Position numbers and translations under genes: made by a program
Part shown: in pieces, positions 13,807 through 22,245 of the stretch
Numbering within the stretch: the first letter of the stretch is position 1
Layout: every line of letters begins with the position of its first letter
The notes under the pieces: model-generated
Told to the model about the DNA's origin: nothing
Seen by the model: the letters and a program-made list of their open reading frames with translations, nothing else
Databases searched by the model: none
Virus record (IMG/VR): IMGVR_UViG_3300047288_000113
Location: 1-28,660 of that record
Origin: a virus
Taxonomy: Duplodnaviria > Caudoviricetes
DNA length: 28,660 bases
Strand: one strand, 5' to 3'

Positions 13807-15951
13807 GTGGATTTCAAAAATTTATCATCTGAGCTTCTTTTCCGGTCGGAGTCACTCTGCAACGAGTGGTTTCCTGCGGGCAAAAAACGGGGCCACGAGT
13901 TTGTCGTTGGCGATCTGAACGGCTCGCCTGGCGAGTCTCTTTCCATCAATCTGAACACGGGCGTGTGGCGCGATTTTGCGTCTGGTGAGGGCGGCGGCGA
14001 CCTTATTGCGCTTTACGCTGCCATCCATCGCATCGAGCAGGGCGAGGCGTATAAGCGGCTTACCAACGGGCACATGCCGGCTGCTCTGACCAGGCCTGCG
14101 GCGCCACGGTCCAAGCCCAAGCCTGAGCCCGAGATCATCATGCCGGTTCCCGACGATATCGGGCAGCCGTCCATGCATCACAAGGGCTTCGGTGCTCCGT
14201 CTGCGAGCTGGTGCTATCGAAACCATGCCGGCGAGGTGCTTGGCTACGTTGCCAGGTACGATCCGGCCGACGGTCGAAAGCAGATCGTGCCGTGGGTGTG
14301 GACAAGATCGGGCTGGACGGCGAAGGCTTTTCCGACTCCGCGACCACTTTACGGTCTTGACCGCCTGGGCATGAACCTGCCGGTGCTGCTGGTCGAGGGC
14401 GAGAAGGCTGCGGACGCTGCCCAGGCCATCGTTGGCGGCCGGTATGCGGTGCTCACCTGGCCGGGTGGTGCACAGGCTGTGCAGAAGGCTCATTTCGAGG
14501 CTGTGGCGGGCCGAAAGGTGCTGCTGTGGCCTGATGCCGATAAGCCTGGCGTCGAGGTCATGGCGGGCCTGGCGCAGCGCCTGGTGGAGATCTGCCCGGA
14601 GGTGAAGCTGCTTGACGTGGCCGGCATGCCAGACGGGTGGGATGCCGCAGACTCCGGGTTTGATTGGGATCGGTTTCGAGAGTGGGCAAAACCGCGCGCC
14701 AGCGTGGTGGAAAAAAAAACGGCGCTACCTGCTGAGGTAAAACCAGCGAAGGCGGCTAAGGCCAAAACGGACGCGCCTGCGCCTGTATCTTTCGGGCTGT
14801 GGGATCGGCTTGGCCTGGCGCTTAACGACAAGGGCGCGCCGCTTAACAACCTGGACAACGTGGTCAGGTCTATCGAGGGTGATCCGCAGCTTAAAGGTCG
14901 GATCTGGTACGACGAGTTCTTGGATTCCATCATCACCACCTGGCAAGGGCCGCAGCGCCAGTGGAAGGATGCCGACGATGTGCTCTTGCAGCTTTACATG
15001 CAGCGGCACGTGGGGCTTACCCGCATTGGCGTGCAGACCTGCCACGACGCGGCGCTTGTCGCAGCCTTTCACGACACCCGTAACGAGTGCCGGGAGTGGA
15101 TGGAGGGGCTGCGGTGGGACGGGTTTTCGCGGCTGCCGTTCTTGATGCACGAGGGTTTTGGGGCCGAGGAAAACGACTACACGGCTGCGGTTGGTCGAAA
15201 CTGGATCACGAGCATGGTGGCTCGCGTCATGAAGCCTGGGTGCAAGGTCGACACGGTTCCGGTGCTTGAGGGGTCACAGGGTGCTGGCAAGTCCACGGCG
15301 CTGTCGATTTTGGGCGGCAAGTGGTTTTGCGAGTGCCATGAGTCGGTGCTGTCCAAGGACTTTTTTGGGGTGCTGCAGGGCCACATGCTGGTCGAGATTT
15401 CTGAGATGCACAGCTTCACCCGGGCTGAGGTGGAGCGGATTAAGGGCATCATTTCGTGCCAGGTCGACCGGTATCGCAAGGCTTACGGGCGCAACACCGA
15501 GGATCACCCGCGCCAGACGGTGCTGGCCTGTACGACCAATCGTAGGGATTGGCAGCGGGACGATACAGGCGCTCGGCGCTTCTGGCCGATACGGTGTGGC
15601 GTTATGAACCTTGACTGGCTGCGCGATAACCGCGACCAGCTTTTTGCCGAGGCTGTGGCAGCCTACCGCGATGGCTCGGCTTGGTGGGATGTTCCAGACG
15701 AGCAGCAGCGCGAGGAGGTCGATGACCGGCGCGATGTGGATGCCTGGGAGCCGGTGGTCGAACAGTGGCTTTTTGGCCGTGATCGGGTGCAGCTGCACGA
15801 GGTGCTTTCGGAATGCCTAAAGGTGGAGGTTGCACGTCAAGACCAGTTGGTGCAAAAGCGGGCCGGGCGTGTTTTGCGGTGTTTGGGGTGGGATGTGCAT
15901 GTTTTGCGTTCCGGCGGTAGAAAATCGCGTTATTGGGTCAAGGTGGCGTAG
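13807..15951 (+). CDS. Primase-helicase (Toprim plus VapE-like P-loop ATPase)
   Basis: LVEGEKAAD, WPDAD and GWDAAD Toprim motifs; PGCKVD, GSQGAGKST and DDTGARRFWPI VapE motifs. Confidence 0.92.
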   Translation: MDFKNLSSELLFRSESLCNEWFPAGKKRGHEFVVGDLNGSPGESLSINLNTGVWRDFASGEGGGDLIALYAAIHRIEQGEAYKRLTNGHMPAALTRPAAPRSKPKPEPEIIMPVPDDIGQPSMHHKGFGAPSASWCYRNHAGEVLGYVARYDPADGRKQIVPWVWTRSGWTAKAFPTPRPLYGLDRLGMNLPVLLVEGEKAADAAQAIVGGRYAVLTWPGGAQAVQKAHFEAVAGRKVLLWPDADKPGVEVMAGLAQRLVEICPEVKLLDVAGMPDGWDAADSGFDWDRFREWAKPRASVVEKKTALPAEVKPAKAAKAKTDAPAPVSFGLWDRLGLALNDKGAPLNNLDNVVRSIEGDPQLKGRIWYDEFLDSIITTWQGPQRQWKDADDVLLQLYMQRHVGLTRIGVQTCHDAALVAAFHDTRNECREWMEGLRWDGFSRLPFLMHEGFGAEENDYTAAVGRNWITSMVARVMKPGCKVDTVPVLEGSQGAGKSTALSILGGKWFCECHESVLSKDFFGVLQGHMLVEISEMHSFTRAEVERIKGIISCQVDRYRKAYGRNTEDHPRQTVLACTTNRRDWQRDDTGARRFWPIRCGVMNLDWLRDNRDQLFAEAVAAYRDGSAWWDVPDEQQREEVDDRRDVDAWEPVVEQWLFGRDRVQLHEVLSECLKVEVARQDQLVQKRAGRVLRCLGWDVHVLRSGGRKSRYWVKVA

Positions 15952-16135
15952 CATGGGTGGCAGTGCTACGCGTGTAAAAATGCTCGAAACCCGCGCCGTT
16001 ATTGGGGTGCTACGCATGCTACGTGTGCTATGTGTATCTGGTACTAATACACACACACGCGCACATGTGCGCGCGCAGCAGCACTTTTGTGGAACGCGTG
16101 TGCCACGCGTGGCATCGCGTGGCGGTCGTGGCGGC
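15947..16135. repeat. Putative replication origin (heptamer iterons and palindromes)
   Basis: TGCTACG at 15964, 16008 and 16017 and inverted at 15947; palindromes at 16058-16073 and 16101-16114; directly after the primase gene. Confidence 0.55.
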
Positions 16136-16149
16136 TGTTTTGTCTTGTA

Positions 16150-16188
16150 TGTTGTGATTTGCTCATCGTTGATATAGGATTTCCATCA
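16150..16188 (+). promoter_or_regulatory. Putative promoter with tandem operators upstream of the methylase/terminase operon
   Basis: TGTTG-N9-CATCG (16150) and TGATA-N9-CATCA (16170); TTGTGA-17-TAGGAT. Confidence 0.6.
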
Positions 16189-16298
16189 TGGATCTGTCTG
16201 AAAAAATCGCCACGGTCATCGGCGCTGTCTTGCTGACCGCTTTGCTCTGGTGGTTCATCGCGCCAGTTCTGCATCTTTTGGTTCTGGCGGTGTTCTGA
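16188..16298 (+). CDS. 36-aa hydrophobic peptide
   Basis: MDLSEKIATVIGAVLLTALLWWFIAPVLHLLVLAVF; TGATG overlap with the methylase. Confidence 0.55.
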   Translation: MDLSEKIATVIGAVLLTALLWWFIAPVLHLLVLAVF

Positions 16299-17590
16299 TG
16301 CTGGCCATCGAATACCGAAAACCGGACGATCTGCGGCCTTACGATCGCAATTCGCGCACGCATTCCAAGTCTCAGGTCGAGACTCTGGCCCGGTCGATCC
16401 GCGAGTACGGGTTCACAAACCCGATCTTGCTGGATGAGGACGGGGTCATCATCGCTGGCCACGGCCGTCTACAGGCTGCTCGTGCGGTCGGGTTGGAGCA
16501 GGTGCCTACCATCACCTTACGCGGCCTGTCTGAGGCCCAACGGCGGGCGCTGGTGCTGGCCGATAACCGCATTGCTCTGGATGCCGGGTGGGACATCGAT
16601 CTCTTGAAGCTCGAGCTGGCCGATCTGCGCGATGACGGGTTCGACCTGTCGCTCACCGGCTTTTCGCTCGAGGAAATCGACAGCCTGCTTGATCCGTCTG
16701 CCGATGACAAAGACCCCGACGATGCTCCGGCGCTGCCGGCCGAGGCCAAGTCCAAGCCTGGCGATGTGTATCTCATGGGCGCGCACCGGCTGATCGTTGG
16801 TGATTCGACCGATGTGGGCGTGCTTGGCCGGCTCATGGACGGCGCAATGGCCGATATCGTGTGGACTGACCCGCCTTACAACGTGGCCTATGAGTCGGCT
16901 GCGGGCAAGATCGCCAACGACAACATGGGCGATAAGGCGTTTTACGATTTTCTGCTCGGCTTTTACTCGGCTGCTTTTGCCTGGATGAAGCCTGGCGCGG
17001 CGATCTACGTGGCGCATGCAGACACCGAGGGGCTTAACTTTCGCGGTGCGTTCAAGGCGGCCGGGTTCAAGCTGTCGGGCTGCATCATCTGGCGCAAGGA
17101 TGCGCTGGTGCTTGGGCGCTCCGACTACCAGTGGCAGCACGAGCCGATCCTCTACGGTTGGAAGCCTGGCAGCGCGCATCGCTGGTATGGAGGCCGCAAG
17201 CAGACGACCGTCATGGATCTTGGCGAGGACGGGCCGTTCACCCGGCTGCCCGATGGCAGGTTCCAGATCCAGGTTGGCGACCGCGTCATGATCCTGGGCG
17301 GGGCCGAGCTGGTCGAGGAGGTCGTGCCGTCTGTGATCCGGGCCGATAAGCCCAAGCGCTCGAGCCTGCATCCGACCATGAAGCCTGTTGAGCTCATCGA
17401 GCGCATGCTGCGGCACAATGCCCGGCCGGGTGATCTGGTGTTCGATCCCTTTGGTGGTTCGGGCAGCACGCTGATCGCTGCCGACCGCCTTGGCATGTGC
17501 GCTCGCCTGGTCGAGCTTGATCCGCGCTACGCGGATGTGATCGTTGAACGATGGGAGGCGTGGAGTGGCCGCAAAGCGGAACGCGCCTGA
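16298..17590 (+). CDS. ParB-like N-terminal domain fused to an N6/N4 DNA methyltransferase
   Basis: SIREYGFTNPIL...IIAGHGRL...LADNR; TDPPY, HPTMKPV and DPFGGSGST (beta-class order). Confidence 0.93.
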   Translation: MLAIEYRKPDDLRPYDRNSRTHSKSQVETLARSIREYGFTNPILLDEDGVIIAGHGRLQAARAVGLEQVPTITLRGLSEAQRRALVLADNRIALDAGWDIDLLKLELADLRDDGFDLSLTGFSLEEIDSLLDPSADDKDPDDAPALPAEAKSKPGDVYLMGAHRLIVGDSTDVGVLGRLMDGAMADIVWTDPPYNVAYESAAGKIANDNMGDKAFYDFLLGFYSAAFAWMKPGAAIYVAHADTEGLNFRGAFKAAGFKLSGCIIWRKDALVLGRSDYQWQHEPILYGWKPGSAHRWYGGRKQTTVMDLGEDGPFTRLPDGRFQIQVGDRVMILGGAELVEEVVPSVIRADKPKRSSLHPTMKPVELIERMLRHNARPGDLVFDPFGGSGSTLIAADRLGMCARLVELDPRYADVIVERWEAWSGRKAERA

Positions 17591-17972
17591 GACCATCTTG
17601 CCGAAGGTCATCCCTGCTCGGCCGTCGACCGCGGACGCTGGCAAGGATCCGCTAACGGGCGAGATCGTGCCGCACGAGCGCGACGACAAGATTGCCGGCC
17701 AGGTCGAGGCGATGGCGGCGTTCGGCTTTACGTCCGATGAGATCGCTGTGGCGCTGAACCTGCGGCCTGGTCAGGTGCGGCACTATTACGCCAAGGAGCT
17801 AGAGGTTGCGCCGGTCAAGGCCAACATGCAGGTGGCTAAGGCGTTTTATGACGTGGCCAAGTCGGGCAAGAATTGGCAGGCATCGCTGTCGTGGCTCAAG
17901 GCCCGCGCTGGTTGGGCCGACAATGAGCAGCAGCCTGGCGCTGCCATGCAGATCCACATTCATCTCGACTGA
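17565..17972 (+). CDS. terS: Terminase small subunit (putative)
   Basis: HTH-like segment and WLKARAGW; immediately upstream of TerL; GTG start with GGAGG. Confidence 0.75.
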   Translation: MAAKRNAPETILPKVIPARPSTADAGKDPLTGEIVPHERDDKIAGQVEAMAAFGFTSDEIAVALNLRPGQVRHYYAKELEVAPVKANMQVAKAFYDVAKSGKNWQASLSWLKARAGWADNEQQPGAAMQIHIHLD

Positions 17973-19399
17973 TGGCCAGGCACCCCAAGCAGCCGAAGCC
18001 CACGTCCGGTGACGCGGCTGTCCACTATCGGGCGCCGGGGCCGGTGGCCCGCGCGTTTATGAAGTCGGACGCTTTTGTGCGCGGCATCATGGGGCCGTAT
18101 GGGTCGGGCAAGTCGACCGCGTGCGTGATGGAGATCATCCGTCGGGCACAGCAGCAGAAGGCTGGCAATGATGGCGTGCGCCGGTCGCGGTGGGGCATCA
18201 TCCGTAACACCTACCCTGAGCTGAAAACCACGACGATCAAGACCTGGCACCAGTGGGTTCCGCCTACCCTTGGCCGGTGGATCGACTCCGGGCCGCCAAT
18301 GCACATCATCCGTGAGCCCGGCTTTGAGCTCGAGGTGATCTTCATTGCGCTCGATAGGCCCGAGGATGTTCGCAAGCTGCTCTCGATGGAGTTGACCGGC
18401 GCGTGGATGAACGAAGCGCGCGAGATCCCGAAGGCGGTTCTCGATGGCCTTACCGGTCGTGTCGGCCGCTACCCGTCCATGCTCATGGGCGGCTCGGCCT
18501 GGTCGGGGATCCTCATGGATTCCAACCCGCCGGACTCTGATCACTGGTGGTATCGCCTGGCCGAGGAAGAGCGCCCGGCCGGGTTCGAGTTTTTTCGGCA
18601 GCCGTCTGGTCTGTCGCCCCAGGCCGAGAACCGCGAGAACCTACCGTCCGACTACTACGAGCGCCAGATCGCGGGCAAGGATCAGGAGTGGGTCAAGGTC
18701 TACGTGCATGCCGACTACGGCTTTGTGCTGGATGGAAAGCCGGTCTACTCCGAGTACCGCGATAGCACGCACTGCGCCGAGTTTGAGCTCAATCCGAAGG
18801 TGCCGATGCGCGTGGGCTTTGACTTCGGGCTTACGCCTGCGGCCGTGTTCGGCCAGCGCCTGCCCAATGGCCGGTGGCTGTGGCATTCGGAGCTGGTGAC
18901 CGAGGACATGGGCACGCTGCGCTTTGCCGAGGAAGTGCGCAGGGTGATCAAGGAGCGCTACGGCTCGTTCGTGTTTGAGACGTTCACCGGCGATCCGGCG
19001 GGCGATATTCGGGCGCAGACCGACGAGACGACCCCGTTTCAGATCCTGCGTGGGCAGGGGATCCCGGCCAACCCTGCGCCGACTAACGATTTCATCAAGC
19101 GGCGGGAGGCTGTGGCCTACTACCTGAACCGCATGGTCGACGGTCAGCCGGGCTTGCTGGTGCACCCGCAGTGCAAATATTTGCGCAAAGGCATGAGCGG
19201 GGGCTATCATTACCGTCGCGTGCAGGTTGCAGGTGACGAGCGCTACCGCGACGTTCCCGACAAGACGATCTACTCGCACGTTTGCGAGGCTGGTCAGTAC
19301 CTTATGCTTGGTGCTGGCGAGGCAAGGACTGTGATTAAGCGCGAGCGCTCTGCCCCGCGTCAGGCGACCGCGTTATCGGATTACGCGATTCTCGGATAG
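17972..19399 (+). CDS. terL: Terminase large subunit
   Basis: GPYGSGKS Walker A, WMNEARE Walker B, DSNPP, GFDFGLTPA nuclease motif. Confidence 0.93.
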   Translation: MARHPKQPKPTSGDAAVHYRAPGPVARAFMKSDAFVRGIMGPYGSGKSTACVMEIIRRAQQQKAGNDGVRRSRWGIIRNTYPELKTTTIKTWHQWVPPTLGRWIDSGPPMHIIREPGFELEVIFIALDRPEDVRKLLSMELTGAWMNEAREIPKAVLDGLTGRVGRYPSMLMGGSAWSGILMDSNPPDSDHWWYRLAEEERPAGFEFFRQPSGLSPQAENRENLPSDYYERQIAGKDQEWVKVYVHADYGFVLDGKPVYSEYRDSTHCAEFELNPKVPMRVGFDFGLTPAAVFGQRLPNGRWLWHSELVTEDMGTLRFAEEVRRVIKERYGSFVFETFTGDPAGDIRAQTDETTPFQILRGQGIPANPAPTNDFIKRREAVAYYLNRMVDGQPGLLVHPQCKYLRKGMSGGYHYRRVQVAGDERYRDVPDKTIYSHVCEAGQYLMLGAGEARTVIKRERSAPRQATALSDYAILG

Positions 19400-19408
19400 G
19401 AGATTGCT

Positions 19409-19609
19409 ATGAGTGGAATTTTTGGAGGAAGTAAACCTGAAATGCCGCCGCCACCGCCGCCGCCGCCACCGACCGTGGATGATGCGCGCGAGAGCCAGTC
19501 GGCCAAGGATGCCGCGCGTCGTCGCCGTGGTGCAGCTGCAACGATTCTGACTTCTCCTACCGGTGTCGGCTCTACGCCTGTCGGCACTAAGACGCTGCTC
19601 GGGAGCTAA
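19409..19609 (+). CDS. Small Pro-rich virion-associated protein
   Basis: AGGAG RBS; PPPP...RRRGAAATILT...KTLLG pattern typical of the small gene near podovirus portals. Confidence 0.75.
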   Translation: MSGIFGGSKPEMPPPPPPPPPTVDDARESQSAKDAARRRRGAAATILTSPTGVGSTPVGTKTLLGS

Positions 19610-19612
19610 GTC

Positions 19613-19912
19613 ATGCCAAAACTTTTTATTTCCGAATACGACCGCATGCCGTCTGATCCGCGCGGCCTTGTGCCGACCGGCAGCGAGCCCGCAGTTGCTA
19701 CGCAAGCGGTTGCCATCGGCGGCGCGTCGGAGCAGTCGGCAGCGTTTAATGCGCGCACGAAGTTCATCCGGCTGCACACCGATGCGATCTGCTCGGTAAA
19801 GTTCGGCGCAAACCCCACGGCCACGGCCGATGATCTGCGCATGGCAGCCAACCAGACCGAGTTCTTTGGCGTCGTTGCCGGCGACAAGGTCGCTGTCATT
19901 ACCAACACTTAA
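19613..19912 (+). CDS. Hypothetical beta-rich virion protein
   Basis: GGAG RBS; 99 aa; in the structural operon. Confidence 0.7.
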   Translation: MPKLFISEYDRMPSDPRGLVPTGSEPAVATQAVAIGGASEQSAAFNARTKFIRLHTDAICSVKFGANPTATADDLRMAANQTEFFGVVAGDKVAVITNT

Positions 19913-19923
19913 GGAGAGCGACC

Positions 19924-20427
19924 ATGATGGGCTCTGTTCCACCGACCGCAGATCGTGTGTCTGCGGCTCTTGATGTTCTGACCACAATCAAAGACGCACT
20001 CGATGTCGTGAAAGATACGACCGCGATCAAGGCCGGCGTTGCCGATCTGGTGGCCGCAAAGAAAGCCAGCGACAAGGCGCGCGCCGATGCCGAGAAGGAA
20101 CTTGCCACGCTCGAGAAGGTGCGCGTTGAACTTGAGGCCATCTCCAAGGCAGCATCTGAGGCTGATGCCAAAGCGCAAAAGAAAGTCGAAGGTGCTGATG
20201 CGCGCGACAAGGCATCGCGTGAAATGCAGCGCGAGACCAAAAAGCAGGCCGAGGCGCTCGATGCGCGCGTGACCGAGATCCGTGGCCGCGAGGATGCGCT
20301 CAACAAGCGCGCTGCTGAACTGGCCGCAAAAGAGGCCGCTGTCGAGGCAGCGCAGCGTGATGTTCAAAACATGCGCGACGAGCTGCAGCGTCGCATTGAC
20401 GCGGTGAAGGCCGCAGCGGGAGTCTGA
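19924..20427 (+). CDS. Coiled-coil protein
   Basis: AAGGAG RBS; Ala/Lys/Glu-rich heptads. Confidence 0.75.
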   Translation: MMGSVPPTADRVSAALDVLTTIKDALDVVKDTTAIKAGVADLVAAKKASDKARADAEKELATLEKVRVELEAISKAASEADAKAQKKVEGADARDKASREMQRETKKQAEALDARVTEIRGREDALNKRAAELAAKEAAVEAAQRDVQNMRDELQRRIDAVKAAAGV

Positions 20428-20428
20428 G

Positions 20429-20830
20429 ATGGCGAATGCAATCTACCCAAAGTACAAAGAAGCGCTGCTTCAGAGTTCCGCTAACTCGTCGCTGACTGGC
20501 ACTGTCAAGGTGGCGTTAGTCGATACCGGCACCTACACCTATTCTTCTGCGCATGAATTCTTGTCATCTCTGACCGGCGTGGTTGGGACGGCGCAAACCA
20601 TCGGCGCGACCAAGAGCTACACCAACGGCGTTTTTGACGGCGGTGATGTGACTTTCACAGTAGTGACGGGAAATTCTGCAGAGGCGCTTGTGATCTACAT
20701 CGACACCGGCACCGCTGGCACCAGCCGCCTGGTGGCGTTTATCGACACCGGCGTCACCGGCCTGCCTGTTACACCCAACGGTGGCGACATTACTGTGACC
20801 TGGAACCCGTCGGGCATCTTCGCGCTGTAA
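20429..20830 (+). CDS. Putative virion structural protein
   Basis: KVALV...VFDGGDVTF...GLPVTPNGGDITVTW..GIFAL pattern, seen upstream of repeat-rich fibre genes. Confidence 0.75.
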   Translation: MANAIYPKYKEALLQSSANSSLTGTVKVALVDTGTYTYSSAHEFLSSLTGVVGTAQTIGATKSYTNGVFDGGDVTFTVVTGNSAEALVIYIDTGTAGTSRLVAFIDTGVTGLPVTPNGGDITVTWNPSGIFAL

Positions 20831-20839
20831 GGATAGGCT

Positions 20840-22243
20840 TTGGCCGCCACCACGTTATACCTGCGGAATACGCAGACCGGTGGCGGCACTGGTGGCACCG
20901 TCTATGACCTGTCCACCACGCGGGGAACAAATGCAACATTAAGCTCCACTGTTTCATCGAACACCTTTGCGGGGGTGTTTCGATTTCAGTTCACGCTTGG
21001 CGCTGATGTTCCGGCGACGGACATTCCGTTTTCTGTCAGCATCAATGCGATCTCAGCGCAGTCCGAGGTTCGCTGGCGCATCCAAGAGCTAGACAGCAGC
21101 AATGCTGTGGTGGCGTCGTCATCGTATGCGACCGCGCAGACAACGACCGGCACCAAGACTGGCACGATCTCGTTCTCGAACACCTGGGTGGCCGGCGACC
21201 GGATTGCAATCTCGGTTGAATACAGAAGGACCGGCGGCACCGGCACGCGGACGCTGACGCTTAACGTCAACAACGCGAACAGCTATGTCCAGCCGGATTT
21301 GGCGCCGATCACGCAGACGCTGTCGCAAAGCGCGCGGTTTGATAACGCAGCGACATTCTACGGACCGACCGTTGCGGCCGGCGCTGTGTCTTTGTTGCCC
21401 GGTCTGTTTTCAAACACCAATGCGTTTTACACGCATGGGTTTTTCACTAATTTCGTCAAGCAAACCCAAGACTGGGGGCTGATCACCGGGACGCCCGATG
21501 TCTATCAGGAATGGGGGCTGATCACCGAGGCGGCCGACAAGACGTTTGACCTGGGCGATCTGACCACAGCGCTCGAGCTCTATCCGGGCCTTTATGCCAA
21601 CTCGAACGCGTTTTATGCCGCCACGCTATCGGCGCGCATCACGCTCACGCCGGCGCTTTTTTCCAATGCCAACACCTTTTATGCGGCCAATCTCTCAAGC
21701 ACCCGGCAGCTCTTTCCTGCTCTGTACTCCAATGCCAACACCTTTTATGCGGCAACGCTTACCGCCAGGTACAGCCTGACGCCTGGGCTTTACACCAACA
21801 CCAGCACGATCTACGCGCCGGCCGTTGCGGCCAAGAACACTCTTACGCCTGCCCGGGTGGACAATGCCAACGCCTTTTACGGGCCGTCGGTGGCTGCCAC
21901 CTACGCGCTGGCGCCTGGCCTGTTCTCTGACGGGGATACTTTCTACGCGGCGAGTGTGCAGTCGTCTTACAGCCTGCAGCCTGGCCGGGTGGATAATGCC
22001 AGCCTGTTCTATGGCCCGACCGTGTCTCGAGGTGCCATCGAGCTGCTGCCGGGGCTGTTGTCGAACATCAACGTGTTTTATTCGCCGGTCGTTTCAACGG
22101 GTGGCGCCATCATCCTGGTCCCGCTGGTTGAAAACGAAAACTCGTTTTATGATGCCGAGATCTCGGTATCTGGCGGCGGCGACATGGATTTGCCGCACAT
22201 TTCGCGGCTTTTCTCCACCGGGCAATTAATGAATAGGATCTGA
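20840..22243 (+). CDS. Repeat-containing fibre-like virion protein
   Basis: Thr-rich N-terminal domain followed by about 11 copies of a 22-aa repeat LxPxLxxNxNxFYxxxV; TTG start. Confidence 0.75.
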   Translation: MAATTLYLRNTQTGGGTGGTVYDLSTTRGTNATLSSTVSSNTFAGVFRFQFTLGADVPATDIPFSVSINAISAQSEVRWRIQELDSSNAVVASSSYATAQTTTGTKTGTISFSNTWVAGDRIAISVEYRRTGGTGTRTLTLNVNNANSYVQPDLAPITQTLSQSARFDNAATFYGPTVAAGAVSLLPGLFSNTNAFYTHGFFTNFVKQTQDWGLITGTPDVYQEWGLITEAADKTFDLGDLTTALELYPGLYANSNAFYAATLSARITLTPALFSNANTFYAANLSSTRQLFPALYSNANTFYAATLTARYSLTPGLYTNTSTIYAPAVAAKNTLTPARVDNANAFYGPSVAATYALAPGLFSDGDTFYAASVQSSYSLQPGRVDNASLFYGPTVSRGAIELLPGLLSNINVFYSPVVSTGGAIILVPLVENENSFYDAEISVSGGGDMDLPHISRLFSTGQLMNRI

Positions 22244-22245
22244 CT

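Noticed and set aside
16298-17590. Restriction-modification or plasmid partition system
   Set aside because: No cognate endonuclease or ParA seen; ParB-methylase fusions next to terminase genes are common orphan phage genes.
19445-19470. CCG microsatellite
   Set aside because: It encodes the poly-proline tract of the small virion protein and is interrupted by CCA codons.
21560-22160. Second DGR target or DNA repeat array in the 467-aa gene
   Set aside because: The repeats are protein-level 22-aa units with no similarity to the TR.
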